Shown here: piece after piece, positions 38,801 to 53,800 of the stretch
Layout of the letters: each line of letters opens with the position of its first letter
How positions within the stretch are numbered: position 1 is the stretch's first letter
From: Antedon mediterranea
Taxonomy: Eukaryota; Animalia; Echinodermata
Direction: 5' to 3'
Length of the DNA: 64,000 nucleotides
Assembly (NCBI RefSeq): GCF_964355755.1
Contig: NC_092675.1
Coordinates: forward strand, 10,659,812-10,723,811
Program-made: the position numbers and the translations under genes
The notes under the pieces: generated by a model
Databases searched by the model: none
What the model saw: the letters and a program-made list of their open reading frames with translations, nothing else
Told to the model about the DNA's origin: nothing

Positions 38801-41800
38801 TTGCTTGTTTGTGTTTTGATTATATTTAAAGTTTTATATTAAAGTTTGATAGTGTAGACAGACCTTTAAGTATAATTGAGAATGTCTCGTTTATTTGCCA
38901 TGCAAACCTTTAAACAATATTGCAAAGTCACAACACAAGTACCCAAATATATACAGGTACTTATAATCTACTTACCACCTAAAGTCTTAGACCATAAGAC
39001 CATCAATCTTTAGTTTCAAACTACAAAAATGTCCTAATTTCAGCTTCTTGTTATCATTCTTTAGAAATTATTTTTCATAATCATGTGCTTACCCCATTCA
39101 TTTTGGTATACAATTTTTTTTTATAGTATACTAGAATTAGTAACCGTCTTCGACAGGTGTGAGTCCTGCTGATTTCAACCGCTCCTAGAAAACTGTAAAA
39201 TAATATGCAAGAATTGCAATTGAAGTCTCATTTATTATGTTTTAATTCCATTTATACTGATGATACTGATATTATTTTAAAAAGGAAGCATTGCACAATG
39301 ATACATTAACTCTACAGTTTCCTTTTTTTTTTGCCATGAAGTTGTTTTTTTCGTATTATAACATACCAATGTATATTTAATTAAGCTAAAATAAAAATAG
39401 ATATTTCATTCTTTAATATCTGGCCAATATAACAACTCAATGACGTTTTTGATAAACATCGTTTAAAAACCATTTAGTCGACCATATAGCCTGCCCCCTC
39501 CAGGACTAAAAAAATCGATCAAAATCCATCTCGATTTAGTCAAGGTCCTGATTTAGTCGGCGATTTAGTTGAAGTTTGGTTTATAAATTTAAAAATGACA
39601 TCATTTTTAAAGTTTTAGCTTTAAAAATTAGCTTTTAGCTTTAGCTAGACTAAAGTCCGATTTAAGAATACGGGCGTTAGCCTTTTTTTATCTTTCTTAA
39701 ATAAATTACCATAGTTACAAATCAGACAGTAAGATATACACTTTGGATCATCGTTGTATAAAACAACTTCATAATAGTCATATCAATATTGAGCGTTTTC
39801 ATTTTTCTACATGATTTACCAACTAATACATCTGTGTTTGTCTTCCAGTTAAGTTTATGATCAATGATACATCCTAAATATGTGTATTCTTCTGCCATAT
39901 TAATTTCTTCTCCATTTTTAACAACTGGAATCAAATGTTTATATTCTTTCAATTACAACTTCTTTAGTTTTAGTTGCATTTAATTTCAGGTTGTTATCCT
40001 CACTCCACTTTAAAAAATCGGTTATCATTTCCCTATAACTATTTTCATCTGCATTGGTATAGCCAGTCAAAACGGTATCGTCAGCATATTTAACTACCAA
40101 ACACATCTTGGACTTGGATCTAAAATATACAGTGAATAGAGAATACAGTACTGGTGAGATTACACACCCCTGTGGTATACCCACATTTACAACTCTCTCT
40201 TTTTAAATATCGTTTAATTTTACAAACTGTGGTCTGGCCATATAGCCATTTTAAAATATTTACATTAATGTTCATATTATTCAACTTTCTATTTCAGGTA
40301 CTACAGTGTTAAATGCACTGGAAAAGTCAACATATAATGATCTGACATATGACCTATTTTTGTCTAAGTGACTATATATTCTGTTTATGTGAACTAACAC
40401 AGCATCTTCCACACTGCGGTTTTCTTGATAAGCAAATTAAAAGGGGTGGTGAAAATGTTTAGTCATGTCAAATAAATGTTCAATTAAAATTTTCTCTTTT
40501 TAAAACATTTTATAACGTTTGATGTGATAGCAATTGGTCTGAAATCCTTCAGTTCCCTTGGTTTTTTTATTTTGGGTAGTGGGGATATCACAAAGGTTTT
40601 CCAGATTTTAGGAACAATACCATCATTTATACTTTGATTTAATAGTTGAGTGAAAACAGGTGCAATCTCAGTACTGCTCACTTCCCTGATAGTAATAAAC
40701 ACCACCAACAGTATTTTCATTTGTATCATTTACAGGCATTATATTATTTAATAGAGTATCGTTTACAGTAGCTTCATCATCAAATCGACAAGAAATCATT
40801 TAAGTTGTCGGAATTAAATAAATCATGATCTTGCTTTCTAGATTTAGCAACATTTTTATACCCTGTTAACATTTGTAATGCCTTCCTAGCTACTCTTGGA
40901 TTATTTTCTTTAAATTTACTTTCAATGTTACTTTTAAATTTATGTTTAGATGCTTTGATGAGTTGATTAATTTCTTTGACTCATACTTCGTTTTTTTTGG
41001 CCATGTGCTTTGCGCTTCTTCTGTAACAAGAATTTGAGCTCACCTGCCGGTTATCCATGGTTTATCATTTGGATACTGAACTTTGCTTACAGTGGGATCA
41101 AGATATGAAGTCTGAGATAACCTGTGTTTTCATATTTTAATCGTTACAGTAAAAAATTTTCCAATCTGTACAGTCCAAGACAGGCTCGAAGTGTCTCAAT
41201 AGTGTCATCATTCCATAGTTTGAACTTATTTACAACTGGCTTAAATTGTTTAAGCCTCTGACGATTTAGGAATTAAGTGTATATTATTATGATACAAGTT
41301 TCCTAATTTAGAGCATATCTTACTTTTATACGAGTCTTTTGTATTGCAATAGCAAAGGTCCTTTTGGATGAAAATAAACAACGGTGAAGTATATCTGTCC
41401 AAATTTACGAGGTAAGTAATATGGTCTGGCACTAACGGTCAACAATTCAACATCTGGTGTACATAATTGTTCTCTCACGGCCCAGTTTTTACACCACTTG
41501 TTATTTATGTAAATACATACACCTCCACCCCTTTGCTTTCCAGATTCTAGAGTTCGGTCACCTCTGATTATTTTGAAGTTATTTAATTCAAGTTGACTGT
41601 CAAGTATATTTTTATGTAACGTTTCTGTTAAACAGATCACAGAAGCATCTCTGTATTCATTCATATATCGTGTACATGCACATAGTTCGTCAAGCTTATT
41701 TGGAAGAGAGCGAACATTTCCAAAAATTATCAATGGTAGAGAAGGTTTTACTTGTCTCCGTCTTAAACGTTTTATAATTCCACCACTCCTACCCCTTTTC

Positions 41801-44800
41801 CTGCGTTTCACTTCCTGGGGATAGGTTTCATAGTCAACAGGTTTACTTGAGTCTAAAATGTATCCAAATGTGATTTGAAGCTATTCTGTACACTTTTGTT
41901 TTGTGATAAAATGTTTTGTCGAAATGCTCAAAATGGTCTAAAACGGTTTCAAATGTGATTTTAAGGTGTTTTTTTAGGCTTCATCGGGCTGTAGCAGGCG
42001 AGTAGACTGACCTCTTATTTTCAATGGGCCTAGCATTGTAAGGACAGGATTTTACAATCACAAGTTCTAATAAGAAATTACATCTAAAATTCATAATTAC
42101 CACACATGTGCTGGTGACGATTAACACAAACAAGTTGAAAATACAGAAAAAAAAGATGAAAATAGACAACTTTTATTCCCAGTTTCGATGATACAATATG
42201 ACTTGTAGGTAGGCCTATAGTATCACTCATGTAAAGTAAACTGATGTAAGCACTGCAAAGTAAAATGAAAATGCCTTACATACTTTTTGATTACAAATTA
42301 GGAAATCCAGAGTAAACAAATCATGATAGGCGTCAAAAGGTAGCCTTAATTATAATTAAGATTCTGTACCAACAATAAGCTGGTAATTAGTAGAATAATG
42401 AAGAATACTACGTTCAGGGCTAGAGTATGTCTAGAATAAAAACGTAGCATAAAGGTTATAGGAATGATCAACTTACTTATAAATAATTCACATTCCCATT
42501 GTTACAATACAGGTGGCATAGCCAATGTACAATTTTGCAAGCTAAGAATAAAAGAAAACGAATAAACGTAGAGCCACAATATACATAAATGTTATAAAGA
42601 TATAACAATGTAGTTCTATAGCTTATATAAATAATCCTAAAAATAGAAGTGAACTGAAGTAATCCACAACCATGTGGCTTTTCTTTTACTTAAAAATTGT
42701 GCCTACCCTATCGAATCGCCTCTCTAAACCGTAATGCTGCCGTTTTTTCTCGGTTCCTGCTTTTATAGTCTTAATGACGCCCCTTGAAAATTCCATATTT
42801 CATAGGTAATTTTTAAAATATTTAATAAGTCATAATTTAATCAATATTTTGTTTACAAACTATAGACCATGACCATCTCCTTGCAAGATTGATGTTGAGT
42901 GCAAAATTCACACCGATCAGAGGTTGTAGTATATTTAGTTAAGTTACGGAATTTTTAATCATTTTGATCTGCCACTGAGATATTTCAATGTATTTCATGT
43001 TTTTTACCAATTATAGAATGAAGAACTAGAAACAATGAGAAAGGTGCATAAAAAGAGGTTTGATCGTTTGAAGATTTTGCAAGAAAACTGTTCCATTCTG
43101 AGAGAACAAATTAGTACTTATGATGAAGAAGAATTGTAAGTAATATCATTTACCCTGAGAACATCTGCCAATATAACCAAGGCTAGAAGCTTTTAAAGCA
43201 CATGAAGTATTTTTTTTAGAGACTTATTATTACTTGTACTTTGTTCAACTCTTCTTGTTACTATAGGAAAACTTTGAATTCTAGAAAACATGTCAAGACA
43301 AGTTCAAAGCAACTTCAACAATTAAACAGTGATACAGTATGGAATGACCTAACTTTTTACAAAGAAAAATATACACAACTCAATAATGAAAGGCAAGACA
43401 CTATTATTGCTTTTTGTATTTTTTTAGGTGTTGCTACCAGCTGAGCTTGCTACCAGCTCAGCACTCAAAATTAAGATGAAATGCCCTGGCAACAAAATGT
43501 CAACGTAAATATAGAATATTATAATCTGAGACAAAATTGTAGGCAAAGGTTTTCCAGTTTTAAATGAATGTATATGTTGTCCTGATTTTGTACAACAAAT
43601 CAGCCCTCTGTCATCCACCACCTTCATATGCAAAAGAGCATAAATAGCATACATGTGTTCAAATAATTTATTTTGATAAAAAGTCACTGCACGTGAAAGT
43701 CTCATTATAAAATAATCTATTGGTCAGTCATGCCCACAGCAATGTGTGTGAATTGTGATTAGCTGCCTGTAGTTGAGCTTTGTCAGTAGTGGGAAAACTT
43801 ACATGATAGAAGATCATATTGTATATCTACATTATCAAACTATTTTGTCAAAAAAAAGTATGATGTCCCCAAATATGGTAGTAATATGACATCATTGTAT
43901 CCATCACATCACATTTTTTGTCATATATAGTTTGATAGTGTAGATGGAGCTTTACTGTGTATGTTGAATGCTGCCGCCTGATGTTTTTTTCAAATCCAAA
44001 ATAATCAGTTGTAGTATGCAGTCAATAACCTTTATTTCCATTAAAACCTGACCATAGAGAGTCACAATTATAGTGTAATGTTTTATAGAACTTCAATTCA
44101 AACTAAATAATACAATATGTTATTGATAGGAAAATGGGATAAAAGTAATTTTATAGGAAATATTATCTTAATTGCTTGTAAAATTGATTTTTTTTATACT
44201 TAGAATTGATATACATGAAGAAATTGATACGCTTCAAGTGCAGACAACAGCTGATGCAAGTACAATTGCTGATTTAAGCAGGTGTCTTGAACAAGAAAGA
44301 CTAAGTGAGTATAATGCATCCAAGGATATTTATTTGTAATTTCATCCTTGATTATTTTACAAATTGTTATTTAGACAACACAACAAAATGGATTTAATAA
44401 TTATTCGAAATTCAACCAAATAATTTTCATAGAGTTACAAGCATGCTTTGAAAAAGAACACAAAAACTTGCAAATTTTCCAGAAGGAACAACGCATATTT
44501 GATGATCAATTAAAAAAGGTAAAGTATTGCCACAGTAGACTATATAAAAGATTGTTTTGTATAGCATAATGACCAAATAACTTTAAAGCTACATGCATGC
44601 ATTTTAAGGGTAGTAGAACATGTCCAACTCAACACCACTGCACTATATATCGGTTTCTTTACCTATATTATATAAAACATCAAAACAATTCAAAGGCAAA
44701 TAAATAATAAATCAAAACACATCTAATTAATTTTATATTATGCATATAGTTACAGAATAAAATGATAGCGGTTTCTTCCACTTATCTAAATTGTTGATAG

Positions 44801-47800
44801 TATATTTTTTCTACAGAATAAACTATTAAAGCAACAACTTCAACAAGAAAGAAATGAAAATAAGAAACTTATATCTGATCAAATACAACTAGAAAGAGAG
44901 GCAAGGTAACAAATTGTCAGGTCATAGTTTGTGGACATGATGATGTCATATCACTACAATATTTGACTATACCATTTGTCAAACTAGTTTGATAGTGTAG
45001 ATAGAGCTTTAGAACAATGGAGGTGTTTTTTTTTTGTATTTTCTCTCTGATCTTTTTCCTGATGATGATTTGTGGGTTTGTATGTGTTGGACGATAAAGC
45101 TCTTTGTTAAATTTTTACCGTATATGTTGGTTGATGCTTCAAATAATATATGGAGTTATACCTGTATGTAAATTTCAGATCTGCCAGAGCTGATTTGTGT
45201 ACTGTAAAGACGGACTTTCTTAGCAAAGAGACAGAGGTACAGCACAATAAACAAGAAATACACAAATTAAAAAGAAAGATGAAACGTAAGAATAAGAAAT
45301 GGAAACAGTATAAGGCAGACAAACATTTGGCAATAAAAACTCCTAAGCAGGTAATGTGTTATATTCTCAATTTTTTTTAATATTGATGTATGTATATCTT
45401 TATATTGAAAATACTTTCAGTACAGTCTGCTATTCTCAAAGTTGAACAGTTAAAGATATATATATATATCCCTGAAAAAATGTTTTAATTATTTTTGTTG
45501 AATATGTTATTTTAATGTCACAATGTCATAGTTATTCACTTTGACCAAATATGGGACCGGGAAAAAAAATTACCTGGAAAAAAAATAGTCAAACTGGAAG
45601 TTTGTCTTTTCACAAGTGAAAACTTTTTTTTTTACGGATTAAGTTTAGTAATTAACTTGATTAAAACTGTGAAATGGACTATTCAAAGTCTTTTTTTATT
45701 TATATTCATTTTTCATATTTTTAGGGGACAATACATCTTTAAAATAAAAATTCTGACTTAAATGGTGAGAATATCGCAAGATTTACTAATGATTATTAGA
45801 TAAAAAAAATTGAATAATATTTTTTTCAAAGTATTATTAAAATTTAAACTCTATATTAGTGAACCTTGACGGAAATAAAATAAGCAGAGCTGGTTGGGTA
45901 TACGAGCAAAAATGTATACAAATTTATTTTGAATATCAGGGTTCGTACAGGTTTGGAAAGTTATGGAAATTCAATTTAGTATTAAGGTCCTGGAAAATAG
46001 AAAACATAAAATGTGAATGAATAAATAAGTGTTAATGTCTGCAAAATGGAAAAGCTATGGACAATTTCAAGAAAGATAGTTCAAACCTAATTAAAGTCAT
46101 GTTTAAACAAGAAAATGATTGAACATATATCTTTTTACTTCCAGCATCAACTTTTCTTGAATAAATCCATCTTAAAAATGAGGAAGGTTTTTCCAGAATT
46201 TGAAGATAACGAATGGGAAGATGTGCAGTCTGATAGGTAAGACAGCAGCTCTATCATGTTTTTGTTTTTGTGATAACGAATGGGAAAATGTGCAGTCTGA
46301 TAGGTAAGACAGCAGCTCTATCATGTTTTGTATTTATGATAACGAATGTGAAGATGTGCATTCTGATATGTAAGACAGCAGCTCTATCATGTTTTGTTTA
46401 ATGATAACGAATAGGAAGATGTGCATTCTGATAGGTAAGACAGCAGCTCTATCATGTTTTGTTTTTATGATACCGAATGGGAAGATGTGCAGTCTGATAG
46501 GTAAGAAAGCAGCTCTGTCATGTTTTGTATTTATGATAACAAAGAGAAGATGTGCATTCTGATAGGTAAGACAGCATCTTTATCATGTTTTGTTTTTATG
46601 ATAACGAATGGGAAGATGTGCAGTCTGATAGGTAAGACAGCATCTCTATCATGTTTTGTATTTATGAAAATGAATGGGAAGATGTGCAGTCTGATAGTAA
46701 GACAGCATCTCTATCATGTTTTGTTTTAATGTTAACGAATGGGAAGATGTGCATTCTGATAGGTAAGATAGCAGCTCTATCATGTTTTGTTTTTATGATA
46801 ACGAATGGGAAGATGTGCATTCTGATAGGTAAGACAGCAGCTCTATCATGTTTTGTTTTAATGATAACGAATGGGAAGATGTGCATTCTGATAGGTAAGA
46901 CAGCATCTTTATCATGTTTTGTTTTTATGATAACGAATGGGAAGATGTGCAGTCTGATAGGTAAGACAGCATCTCTATCATGTGTTGTTTTAATGATAAC
47001 GAATGGGAAGATGTGCAGTCTGATAGGTAAGACAGCATCTCTATCATGTTTTGTATTTATGAAAATGAATGGGAAGATGTGCATTCTGATAGTAAGACAG
47101 CATCTCTATCATGTTTTGTTTTAATGATAACAAATGGGAAGATGTGCATTCTGATAGGTAGGAAAGCAGCTTGATCATGTTTTGTTTTTATGATAACGAA
47201 TAAGAAGATGTGCTGTCTGATAGGTAAGATAGCAGCTCTATCATGTTTTGTTTTTATGATAACGAATAAGAAGATGTGCAGTCTGATAGGTAAGACAGCA
47301 GCTCTATCATGTTTTGTTTTTATGATAACGAATGGGAAGATGTGCTGTCTGATAGGTAAGATAGCAGCTCTATCATGTTTTGTTTTTATGATAACGAATG
47401 GGAAGATGTGCAGTCTGATAGGTAAGACAGCATCTCTATCATGTTTTGTTTTAATGATAACGAATGGGAAGATGTGCAGTCTGATAGGTAAGACAGCAGC
47501 TCTATCATGTTTTGTTTTAATGATAACGAATGGGAAGATGTGCATTCTGATAGGTAAGACAGCAGCTCTATCATGTTTTGTATTTATGATAACAAAGAGA
47601 AGATGTGCATTCTGATAGGTAAGACAGCATCTTTATCATGTTTTGTTTTTATGATAACGAATGGGAAGATGTGCAGTCTGATAGGTAAGACAGCATCTCT
47701 ATCATGTGTTGTTTTAATGATAACGAATGGGAAAATGTGCATTCTGATAGGTAAGACAGCATCTCTATCATGTGTTGTTTTTATTATAACGAATGGGAAA

Positions 47801-50800
47801 ATGTGCATTCTGATAGGTAAGACAGCAGCTCTATCATTTTTGTTTTAATGATAACGAATGGGAAGATGTGCAGTCTGATAGGTAAGATAGCAGCTCTGTC
47901 ATGTTTTGTTTTTATGATAACGAATGGGAAGATGTGCATTCTGATAGGTAAGAAAGCAGCTCTATCATGTTTTGTTTTTATGATAACGAATGGGAAGATG
48001 TCCATTCTGATAGGTAAGACAGCAGCTCTGTCATGTTTTGTATTTATGATAACGAATGGGAAGATGTGCAGTCTGATAGGTAAGACAGCAGCTCTGTCAT
48101 GTTTTGTATTTATGATAACGAATGGGAAGATGTGCTGTCTGATAGGTAAGACAGCAGCTCTATCATGTTTTGTTTTTATGATAACGAATGGGAAGATGTC
48201 CATTCTGATAGGTAAGACAGCAGCTCTGTCATGTTTTGTATTTATGATAACGAATGGGAAGATGTGCAGTCTGATAGGTAAGACAGCAGCTCTGTCATGT
48301 TTTGTATTTATGATAACGAATGGGAAGATGTGCTGTCTGATAGGTAAGACAGCAGCTCTATCATGTTTTGTTTTTATGATAACGAATAAGAAGATGTGCA
48401 GTCTGATAGGTAAGATAGCAGCTCTATCATGTTTTGTTTTTATGATAACGAATGGGAAGATGTGCTGTCTGATATGTAAGATAGCAGCTCTATCATGTTT
48501 TGTTTTTATGATAACGAATGGGAAGATGTGCAGTCTGATAGGTAAGATAGCAGCTCTGTCATGTTTTGTATTTATGATAACGAATGGGAAGATGTGCAGT
48601 CTGATAGGTAAGACAGCAGCTCTGTCATGTTTTGTATTTATGATAACGAATGGGAAGATGTGCAGTCTGATAGGTAAGACAGCAGCTCTATCATGTTTTG
48701 TTTTTATGATAACGAATAAGAAGATGTGCAGTCTGATAGGTAAGATAGCAGCTCTATCATGTTTTGTTTTTATGATAACGAATGGGAAGATGTGCTGTCT
48801 GATATGTAAGACAGCAGCTCTATCATGTTTTGTTTTTATGATAACGAATAAGAAGATGTGCAGTCTGATAGGTAAGATAGCAGCTCTATCATGTTTTGTT
48901 TTTATGATAACGAATGGGAAGATGTGCTGTCTGATATGTAAGACAGCAGCTCTATCATGTTTTGTTTTTATGATAACGAATAAGAAGATGTGCAGTCTGA
49001 TAGGTAAGATAGCAGCTCTATCATGTTTTGTTTTTATGATAACGAATGGGAAGATGTGCTGTCTGATATGTAAGATAGCAGCTCTATCATGTTTTGTTTT
49101 TAGTCGCGTGGAAGCGACTCTATAGTTCACTATGTCGGTCGGTCGGTCTGTCTGTCTGTCGGTCTGTCTGTCTGTCTGTCCGGTATCACTATGCGTTTTA
49201 TCGCTTTATGACCTTATCTTGATATCAGTTTAATCTAGCTAAGTCAATTTTTCACAGAATATTCCTTATGGCCAGGAATCGATGTGGTTATGTTTTCACG
49301 GTGCGCAATAAAAAATTACGCGGTCTACGCACGATTTAACGAAATCACGTTTGTAATCATATCTTAACAACCATGAATCACAATTAAATAAAATTTGGTA
49401 CTCATAAATTTCAGGGCATAAATCATCATATGGCAATACAATTACGTGCGTAGCGCATGTAACGCATGCGTACGCGCGCTTAAAATTTTCAAAATTTATT
49501 TTCGATGAAATAAGAGTACGTTTCAGGCAATTTTAAGCGTTTACAAAATTGCCATGAGTGCACAGATTTTTGCGCGCGCACTGCGCGTTAAATGTTATTG
49601 CGCACTCATTTTGCCCGATTTCTGTTTTCTTGACTTACTTTTCAACTCGAAATTACGTTATACGAGCACGTCAAAAGTGACAGGCTACGCACGTGTAAAT
49701 TAAAAAAATATAAATGTTTTTAAACATTTCAACATTTTTAAACATGTTCAGTAATTTCGGTCAGTATAGTTCACTATGTCGGTCAGTCCGTCTGTCTGTC
49801 GGTCTGTTTGTCTGTCGGTCCGGTATCACTATGCATTGTAGCACGCGACTTAATGGCTGTTGGCCTTGTTATGATAACGAATGGGAAGATGTGCTGTCTG
49901 ATATGTAAGATAGCAGCTCTATCATGTTTTGTATTTATGATAACGAATGGGAAGATGTGCTGTCTGATAGGTAAGACAGCAGCTCTATCATGTTTTGTTT
50001 TTATGATAACGAATGGGAAGATGTGCAGTCTGATAGGTAAGATAGCAGCTCTGTCATGTTTTGTTTTTATGATAACGAATGGGAAGATGTGCTGTCTGAT
50101 AGGTAAGATAGCAGCTCTATCATGTTTTGTTTTTATGATAACGAATGGGAAGATGTGCTGTCTGATATGTAAGATAGCAGCTCTATCATGTTTTGTTTTT
50201 ATGATAACGAATGGGAAGATGTGCTGTCTGATAGGTAAGATAGCAGCTCTATCATGTTTTGTTTTTATGATAACGAATGGGAAGATGTGCTGTCTGATAT
50301 GTAAGATAGCAGCTCTATCATGTTTTGTTTTTATGATAACGAATGGGAAGATGTGCTGTCTGATAGGTAAGATAGCAGCTCTATCATGTTTTGTTTTTAT
50401 GATAACGAATGGGAAGATGTGCTGTCTGATATGTAAGACAGCAGCTCTATCATGTTTTGTTTTTATGATAACGAATGGGAAGATGTGCTGTCTGATAGGT
50501 AAGATAGCAGCTCTATCATGTTTTGTTTTTATGATAACGAATAAGAAGATGTGCAGTCTGATAGGTAAGATAGCAGCTCTATCATGTTTTGTTTTTATGA
50601 TAACGAATAAGAAGATGTGCTGTCTGATAGGTAAGACAGCAGCTCTATCATGTTTTGTTTTTATGATAACGAATGGGAAGATGTGCTGTCTGATATGTAA
50701 GACAGCAGCTCTATCATGTTTTGTTTTTATGATAACGAATGGGAAGATGTGCTGTCTGATAGGTAAGATAGCAGCTCTATCATGTTTTGTTTTTATGATA

Positions 50801-53800
50801 ACGAATAAGAAGATGTGCAGTCTGATAGGTAAGACAGCAGCTCTATCATGTTTTGTTTTTATGATAACGAATGGGAAGATGTGCTGTCTGATATGTAAGA
50901 CAGCAGCTCTATCATGTTTTGTTTTTTTGTGATTTAATTTTGGCTCAATGATGTATGTTTGTTTTATTATTCAGTGATGATGTTGTTAGCAGTAACCCAG
51001 AGAGTTTAGGACAGCAAATAATGCGGTCAGCAAACAAGTTGTCAAGGAGGAATCTGTCAGGTCTAGTAAAATCACCCAAGTCACCGCGAGAGGTAACCAT
51101 ACACATTTTTCATAACCTACTGTAAAACCTTGAAAAGCGAGGCTTTCTTTTAGGATTCTTAGGTGTGCTTTTTTTTTAGATGGGCTTCTTTTTTAAATGA
51201 ATGCTCTAAATTTTGTAAATTGCTACTACGATAATATGATTTTTTAGACATTCTCTACCAATTTTACACATTTGCCAAAAAGCAGATAATTGAAGAAGAT
51301 ACAAGATGCAATCAAAGTACCATTTGCAAAACAACAAATTTGTAGAATAAATATTTGAGGCTTGATTGTTGAGATTATTAAGGGATGTAAGGTCATATTG
51401 ATATAACACGATCATACATTTCTATTCCTTTGACATTATACAGTACATTCAAAAAGAAGCGTTTAGCGTGTGACTGTAATTTAATATGAGTCTATCTGAT
51501 CCTTGTGTAACATTTAATAGGAGAGTTTAAGATCCAAACCTTTTTGCAACTTTAATACAGTAATTGGCCAAATGGTTGTAATTGTATTTTGTCTTGTACT
51601 CCAGTGAGCAGTATCATAAAAAATGTCCATAATAATTATGTACATTATTGTACATTATTGCACATTATAGGTAAATGTGAACTTCACTAGTATTAGATAG
51701 GGATTAGAGAATGACATCAACAATGCCTTGAAATAGTTTGACCTGTAGCAAAAAGTATAGTTGTTATAATTAAGCAAACACATTCCCTCCTTTCATATAG
51801 TTAATTTCTGTTGAAACCTACCTAAGGCGGATGGCTAAGGCATACAAAGGCAAAGAAGCAGAGCATACAATCCAAATATCTGTAGCAACTCAGACTGAAC
51901 GAGGTATACAATACATTTTAATAATTAAATTTGATATGATAACTCTACATTAAATTATATTTTAATATTTAATATATGTTACAATACTGACATCTGTGGA
52001 GCAGTGAGCCCTGAAAATAATCCAATACATGCTACAGTATAGAAGCCATTAGATAGTACTGTAAAACCCCACAATTACCATGGGCGCTTGTCGAATGGCA
52101 TGTGATGCCTACTTCACCAATCAAAAGAGAGAGATACACTCAGGTGTGTTTAAAACAAATTTGTTGAACTAAGTATTAGTACTTTCAAAAATTCCATGTC
52201 AAAATAAGGGTAAAATGAGTGTAGATTTTCTGGGGCTTCTAATGAGACAATGAAGCTCTATAGCTCGTAAGCCAGAATAAATAAAGCTTATTTTTATATG
52301 CAGTTCAAGAAGCAGAAATTAGATTCTTAAAAGAATCTTTGCTTGAAAAGAATGATGAAATAGCATCAATGACAGACAGTGAAGGTAGCAGTTTGAGTAC
52401 CATTGTTACTTCATGTAAGACAAATTGTATTCCTATTTTTTGTGTGAAGATTTAATCAAGTCATTTCTGGTAATGAAGGATTTTTTAATGATAAAAAGGA
52501 CAGAGAAAATGAATCATACAGTACTTTACTTAAAATGAAATAAAAGGTTTTAATTATTTGTCACTGTGACAAATAATTTACCTATTGATTCTGTCAGAAT
52601 TTGTAAATTAGATTGGTACCTCTAATATGGTATCTGGTTTTACTGCACATCCAACCATACACTTTAAGAAATCAGAAGATTCCTCTAGGTTGCTATGTCG
52701 TAGACTATATTGATATTCCTTTCAGCCCCTAAAGTTGAGAGACAACACACAGCAACTTCACCACACTTACCACTACCCAAGTTACAGAAACTTCTTGTGA
52801 AGACATACTGTGGAAAGGCTGGGCTAACAGACCAAAATATTTGTAGTTTGAAGAACCGACTTGCATCCCTTCAACAACAGGTAAAGATGGCATATTATAT
52901 ACAATAGCATTAAAACAGGTATTTGCCATACTTACTCTACTCAATTATTTCTTGAAATTGTACTTTTGTGTTTATTTGTATGAAAGGTATAATAAATCCA
53001 AAGGCGATTTACTGAAAAAATGACAATGCTTTGGGCATCAGTCAATGGAGATACAAAACAAAATAAGCATAAAAAGTAAAAAAAAATGAAATGATAAAGT
53101 AAAACAGCCAGAAAATTTGCAGTGCAAGTCACTATAAAAAAAAATAGGTCTGTCTGTTTCAAAGAAATTGGCTATAATAAGAGGTTTCATGTAAACAGCA
53201 TAAATGGAGGAATTTTAAAAAGGTATACTTTGCGAGTATTGACCGCATGATTTAGGAAGAGATAGCAGGGGACAAAGGCAAAACAGCTGTTAGTATGGTT
53301 CGTTATTCAATCCATGCGATTGGTATATAACACTATATTTTGTGTTGTTAGGTTATAGCAACAAAAAGATCAAAGCGCATTCTTCAACAATCTGTGGAAC
53401 AGTTGACTGCAAAATGTGAGCTACTACAAGCTGATTTGAGCCTATCCAATCAAAGGTTGAAGATAAGCAAAGAAACCATAAAAGTACATATCTCTACTAT
53501 ACATATACACAACATAAAGTATTTTTTTCACAAGTAATGTGGCATGCAAACCACTGTTTATTTACTATTTGTTTACCCTATTACAAAGTATTAGGATTTT
53601 ATGATACCACAAACGATTTTGTATTGAATAAATTTTCATTGAAAAAAGTAGTTTTTCAGAATGAGTGAAAAATAAATTGCCATGTGACCACAGATTTATG
53701 CAAATTACCATTCTTTTCAATAGCCTCCCCCTTTTCCTTTAAAAGATCTTACAGTACACCGTGAAAGGGTTACCACTTTTATACTATCTTGTTTTTTTTT

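Noticed and set aside
46205-50930. CRISPR-like appearance of regular short repeats
   Set aside because: No unique spacers, no cas genes, and a eukaryotic intron context.
46237-50930. Array units as a cassette of in-frame alternative microexons
   Set aside because: No AG directly follows each T-rich tract; the internal AGs would give 8-, 16- or 19-nt exons that shift the frame.
46520-50932. Long ORFs of 140-448 aa on both strands with a 22-aa repeat ([22 protein letters not shown])
   Set aside because: A by-product of a 66-bp (22-codon) period in frames without stops. The unit clearly derives from the centlein exon and donor in another frame, and indels break the ORFs freely.
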